From contig OX597815.1 in NCBI GenBank assembly GCA_951406725.2, positions 152,458,001 to 152,522,000 on the forward strand: DNA of 64,000 nucleotides, read 5' to 3'. This document shows, one piece after another, positions 12,461 to 26,291 of this stretch (the stretch's first letter is position 1; each line of letters opens with the position of its first letter). The notes under the pieces were generated by a model that saw only the letters and a list, made by a program, of their open reading frames with translations, made no database searches and had not been told where the DNA came from. The position numbers and the translations under genes are program-made. This stretch comes from Octopus vulgaris (lineage: Eukaryota).

Positions 12461-14347
12461 GTGAGTATAAAACTGAAGTACCAAGCTGATTTCTTTAAGT
12501 TTTCCTTTGAACACTAGTATTGGTCAGTTTTTCTTGTATCCAATAAAATTAGACAGGTCTTACTGCTCTTATGATGTGTTTCATCATTCAAGGGGACACG
12601 TTGAGAACTGATGACAGAAGAATAATGAGAAAGAAGGGAGTGAAAGTTGTGAGAAAACGAGGATAAGAATGGTGATTTGAAAGAGAGGTGGAGAATGACA
12701 AGACTGAGTGACTGTTAGTTATGAGCCAACAGAGATGATTAATGATGTATTAACTTTTTGGGAAACTGATAATTAAAGTCAAAATCACTTATAAGAACCT
12801 CATTTTCAGCTTTCTAATGTAGGAGATTCAATAACAAATCTCAACTGCACATGTATTTAAGTGGTAAATATTGTTAAATATAATTTCATTTGTTTAAAAA
12901 TTGTTCTCCAGAAGTTCTTTTTGATTTATCATCACATGAAGATGTCAGATTTTTCAGTTGACTGATGTTTGATATGAGATATCATCTCTCGCTGGAGTAT
13001 CTTCCCAGGATGTCTCAGGCTAGAATATGTATTATAGTCTATATATATATACAACTGACGATGCATGTATGGGTGCATGTAAATGTGTGTGTGTCTGTCT
13101 GTCTCTATGTGTGCATCACTAAAACTCGAGAACACCCCATCTGATTTCATTCAAATTTCACATATACCTTTCTTAGGGTCCATGCTGTATCATTATTCAA
13201 ACAAATTTTCAACTTCTTGCCTAATGTGATCCTGGAGCAATCTCTTATCTCTTACACTATTTCAGTATTACTTGTCAAAAGTGAAACAATAAAATCGCTA
13301 TTGTAATGTGAGTTAATACATTCACTGTGATACATTTATGTATGTATATGTATATATATGCATATATATGTATATGTATATGTATGTTTACATATATATG
13401 CATACATATCAGATCAGATTGTAGCCTGTTGCAGCCTTCTGACTTGCCAGACATCAGTCAGACCATCCAATCCATGTCAGCACGGAAAGCAGATATTAAA
13501 CGAAAGACATCATCATAAATAAGTTTTACCTACAGTTGACGTCCATTGTCCATGCTGGCATGGGTTGGACAGTTTGACCGGAGCTGGCAAGCTGAGGGGC
13601 AGTACCAGACTCCAATGTTCACAATTAGATTGAAGGTTCCACTCAAAATTACGCTGTCTCCTCTCATTCACCAATCACTTACAAATGTGTACTGGGGCCA
13701 TTTTCTCATAGTGCTAGCATGCTGTATCATGGGCCAAACTTCTTGTCTAATGTTATCCTGGAGCAATCTCTTATCTCTTACACTATTTCAATATTACTTG
13801 TCAAAAGTGAAACAATAAAATCTCTATTTTAATGTGAGTTAATACTTTCACTGTGATATATTTATGTATGTATATGTATGTATATATATGCATATATATA
13901 TATGCATGTATATGTATTTTTACATTCATATGCATACATACCAGATCAAATTTGAGCCTGGTGCAGCCTTCAGGCATACCAGCCCTGTCAGACTTCAGCA
14001 TCGAAAGTGGATATTAAACGACGATGATGATGATGGTTACAATGATGATGATGATTTGTCAGGTTGACTTGCATCTCATAATATTATACAATTCTCATTG
14101 CTCTCTGATGTGGTTTTACAATCATGAAGACATGTTGAGAAAGTGAGAACTTTAAGTGATAACGGAAGAATAATGAGGATGCAGGGACTGAAATTATAAG
14201 AAAATGAGGATAAGAACAATGACTTGAAAGAGAGGTGGAGAATTACATGACCGAATGGATGAAGCTAAGATACAATTATTTGTGAGATGGTTAATGATTT
14301 ACTAACATCTTGAGAATCCAATAATCAAAGATTGTGTTACTTACTAG

Positions 14348-14437
14348 AACATCAATACCGGCCCTCAGTCAAATCTGATGATGATAATGAAGAAGATGAT
14401 GATGGTGGAGATGATGAAATTGATGATGTTGATAATG
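14348..14437 (+). CDS. Cassette exon C1: EHQYRPSVKSDDDNEEDDDGGDDEIDDVDN
   Basis: ttactag|...|gtgagt, 90 nt, phase 1-1, open; 5' end homologous to the A exons. Confidence 0.7.
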
Positions 14438-16324
14438 GTGAGTATAAAACTGAAGTACCAAATTGATTTCGATCAGTTTTCCCATGAGCACTAGCATTGG
14501 TCAGTTTTCTTGCATCCCATAATTTTAATCAGTTCTTACTGCTTTTATGATGTTGTTTTTCCATTCAAGGTGATACATTGAGAAGTGATGATAGAAGAAT
14601 AATGAGAAAGAAGGGAGTGAAAGTTTTGAGAAAACGAGGATAAGAATGGTGATTTGAAAGAGAGGTGGAGAATGACAAGAGTGAGTGACTGTCAGTTGTG
14701 AGCCAACAGAGATGATTAATGATGTATTAACATCTTGGGAGTGTGATAATTAAAGTCAAAATTACTTATAAGAACATCATTTTCAGCTTTCTAATGTAGG
14801 AGATTCAATAACAAATCTCAACTGCACATGTATTTAAGTGGTAAATATTGTTAAATATAATTTCATTTGTTTAAAAATTGTTCTCCAGAAGTTCTTTTTG
14901 ATTTATCATCACATGAAGATGTCAGATTTTTCAGTTGACTGATGTTTGATATGAGATATCATCTCTCGCTGGAGTATCTTCCCAGGATGTCTCAGGCTAG
15001 AATATGTATTATAGTCTATATATATATACAACTGACGATGCATGTATGGGTGCATGTAAATGTGTGTGTGTCTGTCTGTCTCTATGTGTGCATCACTAAA
15101 ACTCGAGAACACCCCATCTGATTTCATTCAAATTTCACATATACCTTTCTTAGGGTCCATGCTGTATCATTATTCAAACAAATTTTCAACTTCTTGCCTA
15201 ATGTGATCCTGGAGCAATCTCTTATCTCTTACACTATTTCAGTATTACTTGTCAAAAGTGAAACAATAAAATCGCTATTGTAATGTGAGTTAATACATTC
15301 ACTGTGATACATTTATGTATGTATATGTATATATATGCATATATATGTATATGTATATGTATGTTTACATATATATGCATACATATCAGATCAGATTGTA
15401 GCCTGTTGCAGCCTTCTGACTTGCCAGACATCAGTCAGACCATCCAATCCATGTCAGCACGGAAAGCAGATATTAAACGAAAGACATCATCATAAATAAG
15501 TTTTACCTACAGTTGACGTCCATTGTCCATGCTGGCATGGGTTGGACAGTTTGACCGGAGCTGGCAAGCTGAGGGGCAGTACCAGACTCCAATGTTCACA
15601 ATTAGATTGAAGGTTCCACTCAAAATTACGCTGTCTCCTCTCATTCACCAATCACTTACAAATGTGTACTGGGGCCATTTTCTCATAGTGCTAGCATGCT
15701 GTATCATGGGCCAAACTTCTTGTCTAATGTTATCCTGGAGCAATCTCTTATCTCTTACACTATTTCAATATTACTTGTCAAAAGTGAAACAATAAAATCT
15801 CTATTTTAATGTGAGTTAATACTTTCACTGTGATATATTTATGTATGTATATGTATGTATATATATGCATATATATATATGCATGTATATGTATTTTTAC
15901 ATTCATATGCATACATACCAGATCAAATTTGAGCCTGGTGCAGCCTTCAGGCATACCAGCCCTGTCAGACTTCAGCATCGAAAGTGGATATTAAACGACG
16001 ATGATGATGATGGTTACAATGATGATGATGATTTGTCAGGTTGACTTGCATCTCATAATATTATACAATTCTCATTGCTCTCTGATGTGGTTTTACAATC
16101 ATGAAGACATGTTGAGAAAGTGAGAACTTTAAGTGATAACGGAAGAATAATGAGGATGCAGGGACTGAAATTATAAGAAAATGAGGATAAGAACAATGAC
16201 TTGAAAGAGAGGTGGAGAATTACATGACCGAATGGATGAAGCTAAGATACAATTATTTGTGAGATGGTTAATGATTTACTAACATCTTGAGAATTCAATA
16301 ATCAAAGATTGTGTTACTTACTAG

Positions 16325-16414
16325 AACATCAATACCGGCCCTCAGTCAAATCTGATGATGATAATGAAGAAGATGATGATGGTGGAGATGATGAAATTGA
16401 TGATGTTGATAATG
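16325..16414 (+). CDS. Cassette exon C2 (identical to C1)
   Basis: Same sequence and splice sites as C1, 1977 bp downstream. Confidence 0.7.
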
Positions 16415-18302
16415 GTGAGTATAAAACTGAAGTACCAAATTGATTTCGATCAGTTTTCCCATGAGCACTAGCATTGGTCAGTTTTCTTGCATCCCATAAT
16501 TTTAATCAGTTCTTACTGCTTTTATGATGTTGTTTTTCCATTCAAGGTGATACATTGAGAAGTGATGATAGAAGAATAATGAGAAAGAAGGGAGTGAAAG
16601 TTGTGAGAAAACGAGGATAAGAATGGTGATTTGAAAGAGAGGTGGAGAATGACAAGACTGAGTGACTGTTAGTTGTGAGCCAACAGAGATGATTAATGAT
16701 GTATTAACATCTTGGGAAACTGATAATTAAAGTCAAAATTACTTATAAGAACATCATTTTCAGCTTTCTAATGTAGGAGATTCAATAACAAATCTCAACT
16801 GCACATGTATTTAAGTGGTAAATATTGTTAAATATAATTTCATTTGTTTAAAAATTGTTCTCCAGAAGTTCTTTTTGATTTATCATCACATGAAGATGTC
16901 AGATTTTTCAGTTGACTGATGTTTGATATGAGATATCATCTCTCGCTGGAGTATCTTCCCAGGATGTCTCAGGCTAGAATATGTATTATAGTCTATATAT
17001 ATATACAACTGACGATGCATGTATGGGTGCATGTAAATGTGTGTGTGTCTGTCTGTCTCTATGTGTGCATCACTAAAACTCGAGAACACCCCATCTGATT
17101 TCATTCAAATTTCACATATGCCTTACTTAGGGTCCATACTGTATTATTGGCCAAACAAATTTTCCACTTCTTGCCTAATGTGATCCTGGAGCAATCTCTT
17201 ATCTCTTACACTATTTCAGTATTACTTGTCAAAAGTGAAACAAGAAAATTGCTATTGTAATGTGAGTTAATACATTCACCGTGATATATTATGTATGTAT
17301 ATGTATATATATGCATATATATGTATGCATGTATATGTATGTTTACATATATATGCATACATATCAGATCAGATTGTAGCCTGTTGCAGCCTTCTGCCAT
17401 GCCAGACATCAGTCAGACCGTCCCATCCATGTCAGCATGGAAAGCAGATATTAAACGAAAGACATCATCATAAATAAGTTTTACCTACAGTTGACGTCCA
17501 TTGTCCATGCTGGCATGGGTTGGACAGTTTGACCGGAGCTGGCAAGCTGAGGGGCAGTACCAGACTCCAATGTTCACAATTAGATTGAAGGTTCCACTCA
17601 AAATTACGCTGTCTCCTCTCATTCACCAATCACTTACAAATGTGTACTGGGGCCATTTTCTCATAGTGCTAGCATGCTGTATCATGGGCCAAACTTCTTG
17701 TCTAATGTTATCCTGGAGCAATCTCTTATCTCTTACACTATTTCAATATTACTTGTCAAAAGTGAAACAATAAAATCTCTATTTTAATGTGAGTTAATAC
17801 TTTCACTGTGATATATTTATGTATGTATATGTATGTATATATATGCATATATATATATGCATGTATATGTATTTTTACATTCATATGCATACATACCAGA
17901 TCAAATTTGAGCCTGGGGCAGCCTTCAGGCATGCCAGCCCTGTCAGACCTCAGCATCGAAAGTGGATATTAAACGACGATGATGATGATGGTTACAATGA
18001 TGATGATGATTTGTCAGGTTGACTTGCATCTCATAATATTATACAATTCTCATTGCTCTCTGATGTGGTTTTACAATCATGAAGACATGTTGAGAAAGTG
18101 AGAACTTTAAGTGATAACGGAAGAATAATGAGGATGCAGGGACTGAAATTATAAGAAAATGAGGATAAGAACAATGACTTGAAAGAGAGGTGGAGAATTA
18201 CATGACCGAATGGATGAAGCTAAGATACAATTATTTGTGAGATGGTTAATGATTTACTAACATCTTGAGAATCCAATAATCAAAGATTGTGTTACTTACT
18301 AG

Positions 18303-18392
18303 AACATCAATACCGGCCCTCAGTCAAATCTGATGATGATAATGAAGAAGATGATGATGGTGGAGATGATGAAATTGATGATGTTGATAATG
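18303..18392 (+). CDS. Cassette exon C3 (identical to C1)
   Basis: Same sequence and splice sites as C1, 1978 bp downstream of C2. Confidence 0.7.
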
Positions 18393-18973
18393 GTGAGTAT
18401 AAAACTGAAGTACCAAATTGATTTCGATCAGTTTTCCCATGAGCACTAGCATTGGTCAGTTTTCTTGCATCCCATAATTTTAATCAGTTCTTACTGCTTT
18501 TATGATGTTGTTTTTCCATTCAAGGTGATACATTGAGAAGTGATGATAGAAGAATAATGAGAAAGAAGGGAGTGAAAGTTTTGAGAAAACGAGGATAAGA
18601 ATGGTGATTTGAAAGAGAGGTGGAGAATGACAAGAGTGAGTGACTGTCAGTTGTGAGCCAACAGAGATGATTAATGATGTATTAACATCTTGGGAGTGTG
18701 ATAATTAAAGTCAAAATTACTTATAAGAACATCATTTTCAGCTTTCTAATGTAGGAGATTCAATAACAAATCTCAACTGCACATGTATTTAAGTGGTACA
18801 TATTGTTAAATATAATTTCATTTGTTTAAAAATTGTTCTCCAGAAGTTCTTTTTGATTTATCATCACATGAAGATGTCAGATTTTTCAGTTGACTGATGT
18901 TTGATATGAGATATCATCTCTCGCTGGAGTATCTTCCCAGGATGTCTCAAGTTAGAATATGTATTATAGTCTA

Positions 18974-19654
18974 TGGTTATGTGGCGAGAATGGATGAAGA
19001 TAGTTGTGTGAAAAAGTGCCACACCCTAGCGGTTGAGGGAACCTCTGGAAGAGGTAGTTCCAGGAAAATCTTGGACGATGTGGTGAAGCATGGCCTTCGA
19101 ACATTAGGTCTCACCGAGGCAATGACTAGTGACTGAAACATTTGGAAATATGCTGTGCATGAGAAGACCTGGCATGACAAGTGAGGCTATAACCTGTGGA
19201 CTCTACCTTGGATGTAGCCAGCCCACTTATGCATAACTTTCTTTCTAGGGACACAAAACTCTGCTTACGAAGACCTGTTGAGGCAAGTGAAATCGGAATC
19301 GAAATCGAAATCACTCAAAAATCAATGGAAATTGCAGTTGTGACACCAGTGCCTGTGGCACGTAAAAGAACCATCCGAACGTGGCCATTGCCAGCGCCGC
19401 AGTTACTGACCTCTGTGCCAGTGGCACGTAAAATGCACCAACCGATCGTGGCCGTTGCCAGCCTCACCTGGCACGTAAAATGCACCCACTACACACACAG
19501 AGTGGTTAGCGTTAGGAAGGGCATCCAGCTGTAGAAACACTGCCAAATCAGACTGGCCTGGTGCAGCCTCCTGGCTTCCCAGACCCCAGTCGAACCATCC
19601 AACCCATGCTAGCATGGAAAGCAGACGTTAAACGATGATGATGATGAGGATGAT
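18974..19654 (+). mobile_element. 5'-truncated RTE LINE 3' end with (GAT)n tail
   Basis: YGYVARMDEDSCVKKCHTLAVEG..GRG..RK is an RTE C-terminus; same family as 28594-33307. Confidence 0.8.
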
Positions 19655-19960
19655 ATAACTGAGAATGCATGTATGTTTGTGTGTAAATGTTTGTCTGTCT
19701 GTATGTGTGCAACTCTAAAACTCGAGAACTACCCAACTGACTTCATTCAAATTTCACACATTCCTTACTTAAGGTCCATGCAGTGTCATGGGCCAAACAA
19801 ATTTTCAACTTCTTGCCTAATGTGATCCTGGAGCAATCTCTTATCTCTTACACTATTTCAGTAATACTTGTCAAACGTGAAACAATAAAATCACTATTGT
19901 AATGTGAGTTAATACATTCACTGTGATATATTTATGTATGTATATGTATATGTATTTATA

Positions 19961-20052
<92 letters not shown>

Positions 20053-21273
20053 TACACATATATATATGTATGCATATATATGTATGCATGTATATCAGAT
20101 CAGATTGGAGCCTTCAGGCTTGCATGACCTCACATTCAGACCTCAGCATGGAAAGCAGATATTAAATGAAAACGATGACAAACATGATGATGGTGATGAT
20201 GATGATGATGATGATGATGGAATTTCTACTATATAGATCTGTGCTGAGACATAATCATATTCCCTGTAATGAAAGTCACTTAGTTTTTAGTCAGATTATA
20301 TACAATTTATATAGATATCTTGTATTGCATGTCAGACAGTGTTTTTTTGTATTACATATACAACCTGTTAACATGGTAATGAATCAGATATTATTCATTA
20401 ACTGATTTACATTTGTATGTCTGAAATTTAACCTGATTTTATCGTAGCATCATCTTTTACGCTCACCCAACAGATTTATACCTTATTACCATCTGTGTAA
20501 GTTATTCTACAGTTTTTCTTGGGCACAGAACCACTTCTCTAAAAACTGGCATTATTGACTTCTATAGTCCAATAAGGTCCAGATGTTATTGTCTCCTAAA
20601 ACAATATGTGAAACATTTCTGTATATTTATGATACTATTTAGGTATATTTTATAAAGCATTACTGTGACCTTTTGTAATTAGTTGGTCTTAATTAACATC
20701 AGTGATAAATGTAGTATAACGTTGGTAACATGAATGGGATTAGATATTCTTTTTCATGTTGTTCTTATATTAACAATAACATCACCAGACAGTTTCTGTC
20801 AATCAGACATTGCTACACAAGTGTAAGTTCCGAGTCCTCAAATTTTCTGGTTTCTTGGTTACTACCCTATCAATGTCAACCACATTGATAAAGAGATATC
20901 AAAGGGGAAGGTAATTTTGTTTGATGTATAGATGAGATTTGAATAGAGGTAACCTATATTCTTGAGAATCCGTTCTGTTGTACCATTCCAGGTACTTTTG
21001 TTGCAATATATGGATGATATGTTATATGTAGCTTATGATGTTGAGTGCAAATGCATAGTATTTTAGGGCATATTACCACTGTCCATTTCACTTGTGTAGA
21101 ACTAATCATTGCTCACCTTAAAAGAAACTGTTTTTCTAAGGAGGATGAATGACAAGCAAATGTTTTCAAATATTTCAAGAATCAGATGACATTCTGGTGA
21201 ACTGTAATGTGGGTAGTTAAAATTCAAGATTACCAGTGGCAACCTTTAACAGAGAGAGAGAGAGAGAGAGAGT

Positions 21274-21323
<50 letters not shown>

Positions 21324-21803
21324 AGTTGTATGATGATCCTAATTGAAGTGGTGTGTCATGTGTTTGTGGCTAAATCTTAGATGGCCAAGCCCTGGTTGAC
21401 ATTGGAATTAAGCAGATGATGAGAAGAATATTGGTTAGTAAAGTCTAGATGTCAGAGGACAACGGCATATCATAGATATGACAGAAATATAACTAATGAA
21501 AGACAAATCTAAGTGATAAAAATCGTTAGCAAGTGGTAAATAAATGAGATAATTGCAACTTTGTTAGATTAAGTAGGATGTCTTAATATAGAGAGGAGAT
21601 TTAGGAAGTCTAGTTTGCTCTGTTGTGGACCTAGATATCAAGTTATTACATGGTACCACTGTAGAAAGTATAAAAATGTTGAGTGAAATCACAGTGGTCA
21701 CCAGTTGACCATTAATGATAGGAATATCTCACAACAATAAAATATAAATTCTAATAGAGATATAGAAATCTAACTATAAAGTCTAAAACTTTAAATATTT
21801 CAG

Positions 21804-21875
21804 AGGATGTAAGACTCACCAAGGAGAATCTCCAACAGTTGGTTGAAAGTTTAGCACAAAAGTGGAATCATGTTG
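21804..21875 (+). CDS. Exon D1, Death-domain N-terminal helices: EDVRLTKENLQQLVESLAQKWNHV
   Basis: atttcag|...|gtaagt, 72 nt, phase 1-1. The L..L...L...W..(G) pattern joins in frame to the terminal exon. Confidence 0.8.
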
Positions 21876-22902
21876 GTAAGTATAAAATAAGAATACTTGA
21901 TTGTTTTCTATAAGTTTGCTAGAATATCAGTGAACTTGTTCCATTCCTAATTTCCAATTGAAAGATTAACTGTAATGTAATTCTATAAAGGGTACTAATA
22001 TTACTAAAATTCCAACCACGTTGATAAAGGAGATATCAAAGAGGAATGTAATTTTGTTTGATGTATAGATGAGATTTAAATATAGGTAACCTATATTCTT
22101 GAGAATCAGTTTTTTTGTACCATTCCAGATACTTTTGTTGCAATATATGGATGATCGGTTATACGTTGTTTATGACGTTGATTGCAAATGCTCAGTATTT
22201 GAGGGCACATTACCACTGTCCATTTCACCTGTGTAGAACTAATCTTTGCTCACCTGAAATGAAACTGCTTTATTAAGGAGGATGAATGACAAGTAAATGT
22301 TTTCAAATATTTCAAGAATCAGATGACATTCTGGTGAACTGTAATGTGGGTAGTTAAAATTCAAGATTACCAGTGGCAACCTTTAACAGAGAGAGAGAGA
22401 AAGTGAGAGAGAGAGAGAGAGCAGGTATATGATGATCCTAATTGAAGTGGTGTGTCATGTGTTTGTGGCTAGATCTTAGATGGCCAAGCCCTGGTTGACA
22501 TTGGAATTAAGCAGATGATGAGAAGAATATTGGTTAGTAAAGTCTAGACATCAGAGGACAACGGCATATCATAGATATGACAGAAATATAATTAATGAAA
22601 GACAAAACTAAGTGATAAAAATCCTTAGCAAGTGGTAAATAAATGAGATAATTGCAACATTGTTAAATTAAGTAGGATGTCTTAATATAGAGAGGAGATT
22701 TAGGAAGTCTAGTTTGCTCTGTTGTGGACCTAGATATCAAGTTATTACATGGTACCACTGTAGAAAGTATAAAAATGTTGAGTGAAATCACAGTGGTCAC
22801 CAGTTGACCATTAATGATAGGAATATCTCACAACAATAAAATATAAATTCCAATAGAGATATAGAAATTTAACTATAAAGTGTAAAACTTTAAATATTTC
22901 AG

Positions 22903-22974
22903 AGGATGTAAGACTCACCAATGAGGATCTCCTACAGTTGGTTGAAAGTTTAGCACAAAAGTGGAATCATGTTG
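22903..22974 (+). CDS. Exon D2, duplicate Death-domain N-terminal exon: EDVRLTNEDLLQLVESLAQKWNHV
   Basis: atttcag|...|gtaagt, 72 nt; 3 substitutions versus D1, all non-synonymous. Confidence 0.8.
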
Positions 22975-24051
22975 GTAAGTATAAAATAAGAATACTTGAT
23001 TGTTTTCTATAAGTTTGCTAGAATATCAGTGAACTTGTTCCATTCCTAATTTCCAATTGAAAGATTAACTGTAATGTAATTCTATAAAGGGTACTAATAT
23101 TACTAAAATCCCAACCACGTTGATAAAGGAGATATCAAAGGGGAATATAACTTTGTTTGATGTATAGATGAGATTTAAATATAGGTAACCTATATTCTTG
23201 AGAATCAGTTCTTTTGTATCACTCCAGATACTTTCGTTGCAATATATGGATGATCGGTTATATGTTGTTTATGACGTTGATTGCAAATGCTCAGTATTTG
23301 AGGACACATTACCACTGTCCATTTCACCTGTGTAGAACTAATCTTTGCTCACCTAAAAAGAAACTGCTTTATTAAGGAGGATGAATGACAAGTAAATGTT
23401 TTCAAATAATTCAAGAATCAGATGACATTCTGGTGAACTGTAATGTGGGTAGTTAAAATTCAAGATTACCAGTGGCAACCTTTAACAGAAAGAGAGAGAG
23501 AGAGAGAAAGTGAGAGAGAGAGAGGGAGAGAAAGGGAGAGAGAGAGAGAAAGTGAGAGAGAGAGAGAGAGCAGGTATATGATGATCCTAATTGAAGTGGT
23601 GTGTCATGTGTTTGTGGCTAGATCTTAGATGGTCAAGCCCTGGTTGACATTGGAATTAAGCTGATGATGAGAAGAATATTGGTTAGTAAAGTCTAGACAT
23701 CAGAGGACAACGGCATATCATAGATATGACAGAAATATAATTAATGAAAGACAAAACTAAGTGATAAAAATCCTTAGCAAGTGGTAAATAAATGAGATAA
23801 TTGCAACATTGTTAGATTAAGTAGGATGTCTTAATATAGAGAGGAGATTTAGGAAGTCTAGTTTGCTCTGTTGTGGACCTAGGTATCAAGTTATTACATG
23901 GTACCACTGTAGAAAGTATAAAAATGTTGAGTGAAATCACAGTGGTCACCAGTTGACCATTAATGATAGGAATATCTCACAACAATAAAATATAAATTCC
24001 AATTGAGATATAGAAATTTAACTATAAAGTGTAAAACTTTAAATATTTCAG

Positions 24052-24102
24052 AGAATCTAAACCTGAGCAAGCAGGATCTAAAGTTGGTTGAAAGTTTAGC
24101 AC
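24052..24102 (+). pseudogene. Degenerate exon D3: ENLNLSKQDLKLVESLA
   Basis: Acceptor intact, but a deletion removes the KWNHV codons and the gtaagt donor; only a weak gtgtat donor remains. Confidence 0.6.
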
Positions 24103-25298
24103 GTGTATAAAATAAGAATACTTAATTGGTTTCTATAAGAGTTACGTACAGTTGAACTTTTGTTTTCTAGAACGTCTGTGAACTGGTTCCATTCCTAATT
24201 TCCAATTGAAAGATTAACTGTAATGTAATTCTATAAAAGGTACTGATATTACTAAAATTTTATAAAATATCTACAGAGGTTAGCGTGGTTGGTAATACTG
24301 ATAAATGAAACAACACAATAGAGTTGATATTGTCTTTTGGAATTGGGAACTGAAATACACTATTGTGTTGGTGTAAGCAGGTGGGTTAATGGTAATGTTT
24401 TTGTTTGTTTTACCTTTTTTTCTGAGTTTGTCGATAAGTTAGTGTTATTTAACCAGATGTCTATTGTCATCTGGCTGACATATGATAAAAAGTCTTCTAA
24501 GTGTGAAAACCCTGACTTGTTTGTGGGAGCATGTTATCAAATGTATCGTTTATAGCACGTTAGGGTGTATTTTGAGTGAAATTTAGCTGCTATATCTCAT
24601 AGCTAAAGTGATCACGTGAAGGCTGCCTCACTGCCTCATCCTGCATTAGCCTATTGTATGGGCTGCTGGTTGGCAGTGATGGAACAACATATCTTCTACT
24701 GTCCAGTCTGTTGTTTTGTTGGTAACTAAAGTGGAGTTGGTCATGGTGGACATAGCCAGAAGATCATAGATATCTGTCTTTAGTATTTTCTTCCGTTGGT
24801 GTATATCCCAGGAATAAGTGGTGGTCAAAATGGACATAGACAATAAAGCTATTGGTTTGGTGTGTAAATGTTATTTTCTGTTGTAGGAACATTCTGGGAA
24901 ATTATAGATGTGTCTGGGTGTGAAAGTGGTAGGTGTAATGTGTGTTGGATCTTCACACAAACAACAAACTACATCCACTTTATATTCAACTGCTCTTTTA
25001 TTTTCAGTACTGTTGTGCTTGTTGCAGTTGTATAGCCACAGCACCCAACCTCGATCAAGTAATATATTGTACACATGTAGCTAACCAAATGAGAACAGAT
25101 GTAAATCACTGATCCATAGAAGCAGACACAGCATGTTTTCATCTTGTTGAAGTCCACACTTCCCTGACATCCTGTGATTAATTGTATGTGGCGAAATGTT
25201 GCTGTATCTGCCCTGTCCAGTCTGGTTCTCTGTATTTATTGTTATTCTTTACTCTCAGATCAACTTGTAGTTTCTAGTGTTGATTATATTCATGGGTG

Positions 25299-25673
25299 TG
25301 GAGGTGCAATAGCCCAGTGGTTAGGGCAGCAGTTGTAGGATCACGGGTTTGATTCCCAGACCAGGTGTTATGAGTGTTTATTGAGCGAAAACACTTAAAG
25401 CTCCACGAGGCTCTCACAGGGGGTGGTGGTGACCCCTGCTGTACTCATTTCACCACAACTTTCTCTCATTCTTTCTTCCTGTTTCTCTTGTACCTGTATT
25501 TCAAAGGACCAGCCTTGTCACACTCTGTGCCATGTTGAATCTCGCCGAGAACTACATCATGGGTATGTGTGTCTGTGGAGTGCCCAGCCACTTGCATGTT
25601 AATTTCACAAGCAGGCTGTTCCATTGATGGCATCAACTGGAACCCTTGTCGTTATAACCGATGGAGTGCCACA
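25299..25673 (+). mobile_element. tRNA-derived SINE with target-site duplication
   Basis: A box (tagcccagtgg) and B box (ggtttgattcc); flanked by TAT(A/G)TTCATGGGTG at 25285-25298 and 25674-25687; related copy on the minus strand at about 60490-60789. Confidence 0.75.
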
Positions 25674-25869
25674 TATGTTCATGGGTGGATTCTATTCATT
25701 TAATGAAACACCAGTTATAAAATAATTATCCTAACTGATGTAAACTCAACTTGATTTTCTTTCTTGGTTGAAATCATTTCACTCCCCTCTACATTAAAAT
25801 GCAATCTAGAAAGGCATGAAGATCGCAATATAGCATTTCTCCTTGTCTGAAAGTATAATAACATAAAAT

Positions 25870-26291
25870 ATTTATTTCTTTATTGCCCACAGGGGGCTAA
25901 ACTTAGAGGGGACAAACAAGGGCAGACACAGGGAATAAGTTGATTACATCAACCTCAGTGCGTAACTGTTACTTATTTAATTGACCCTGAAAGGATGAAA
26001 GACAAAATTGACCTCAGCACTATTTTAACTCAAAACATAATGGCAGATGAAATACCTATTTCTTTACTAGCCACAAGGGGCTAAACACAGAGAGGACAAA
26101 CCAAACAAGGACAGACAAATGGATTAAGTCGATTATATCGACCCTGTGCATAACTGTTACTCATTTAATCGACCCTGAAAGGATGAAAGGCAAAGTCGAC
26201 CTCGGTGGAATTTGAACTCAGAACGTAGCGGCAGACGAAATACCGCTAAGCATTTCACTTGCGTGCTAATGATTCTGCTAGCTCACCACCT
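25870..26291 (-). mobile_element. tRNA-derived SINE with partial tandem duplication
   Basis: tRNA-like head at the right end (B box gagttcaaattcc on the minus strand); body of about 190 bp duplicated. Confidence 0.7.

Larger units (their letters stand above)
1..12500. repeat. Mosaic tandem duplication array, units of about 2.3-3.2 kb (A1-B1-B2-B3-A2)
   Basis: A shared block of about 600 bp recurs at about 1, 2857, 5531, 8686, 10951 and 20236; repeated paralogous ORFs at 98/3077/5753/8905 and 3357/6033/9185. Confidence 0.95.
12500..18973. repeat. Near-identical tandem repeat, period 1977-1978 bp, about 3.3 copies
   Basis: Identical ORFs at 12932/14909/16886 and 13546/15523/17501. Confidence 0.95.
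20870..24258. repeat. Tandem repeat of about 1.1 kb, three copies, each with a (GA)n tract and a D exon
   Basis: Units begin at about 20875, 22012 and 23111 (caaccac.ttgataaag.agatatc). Confidence 0.95.
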
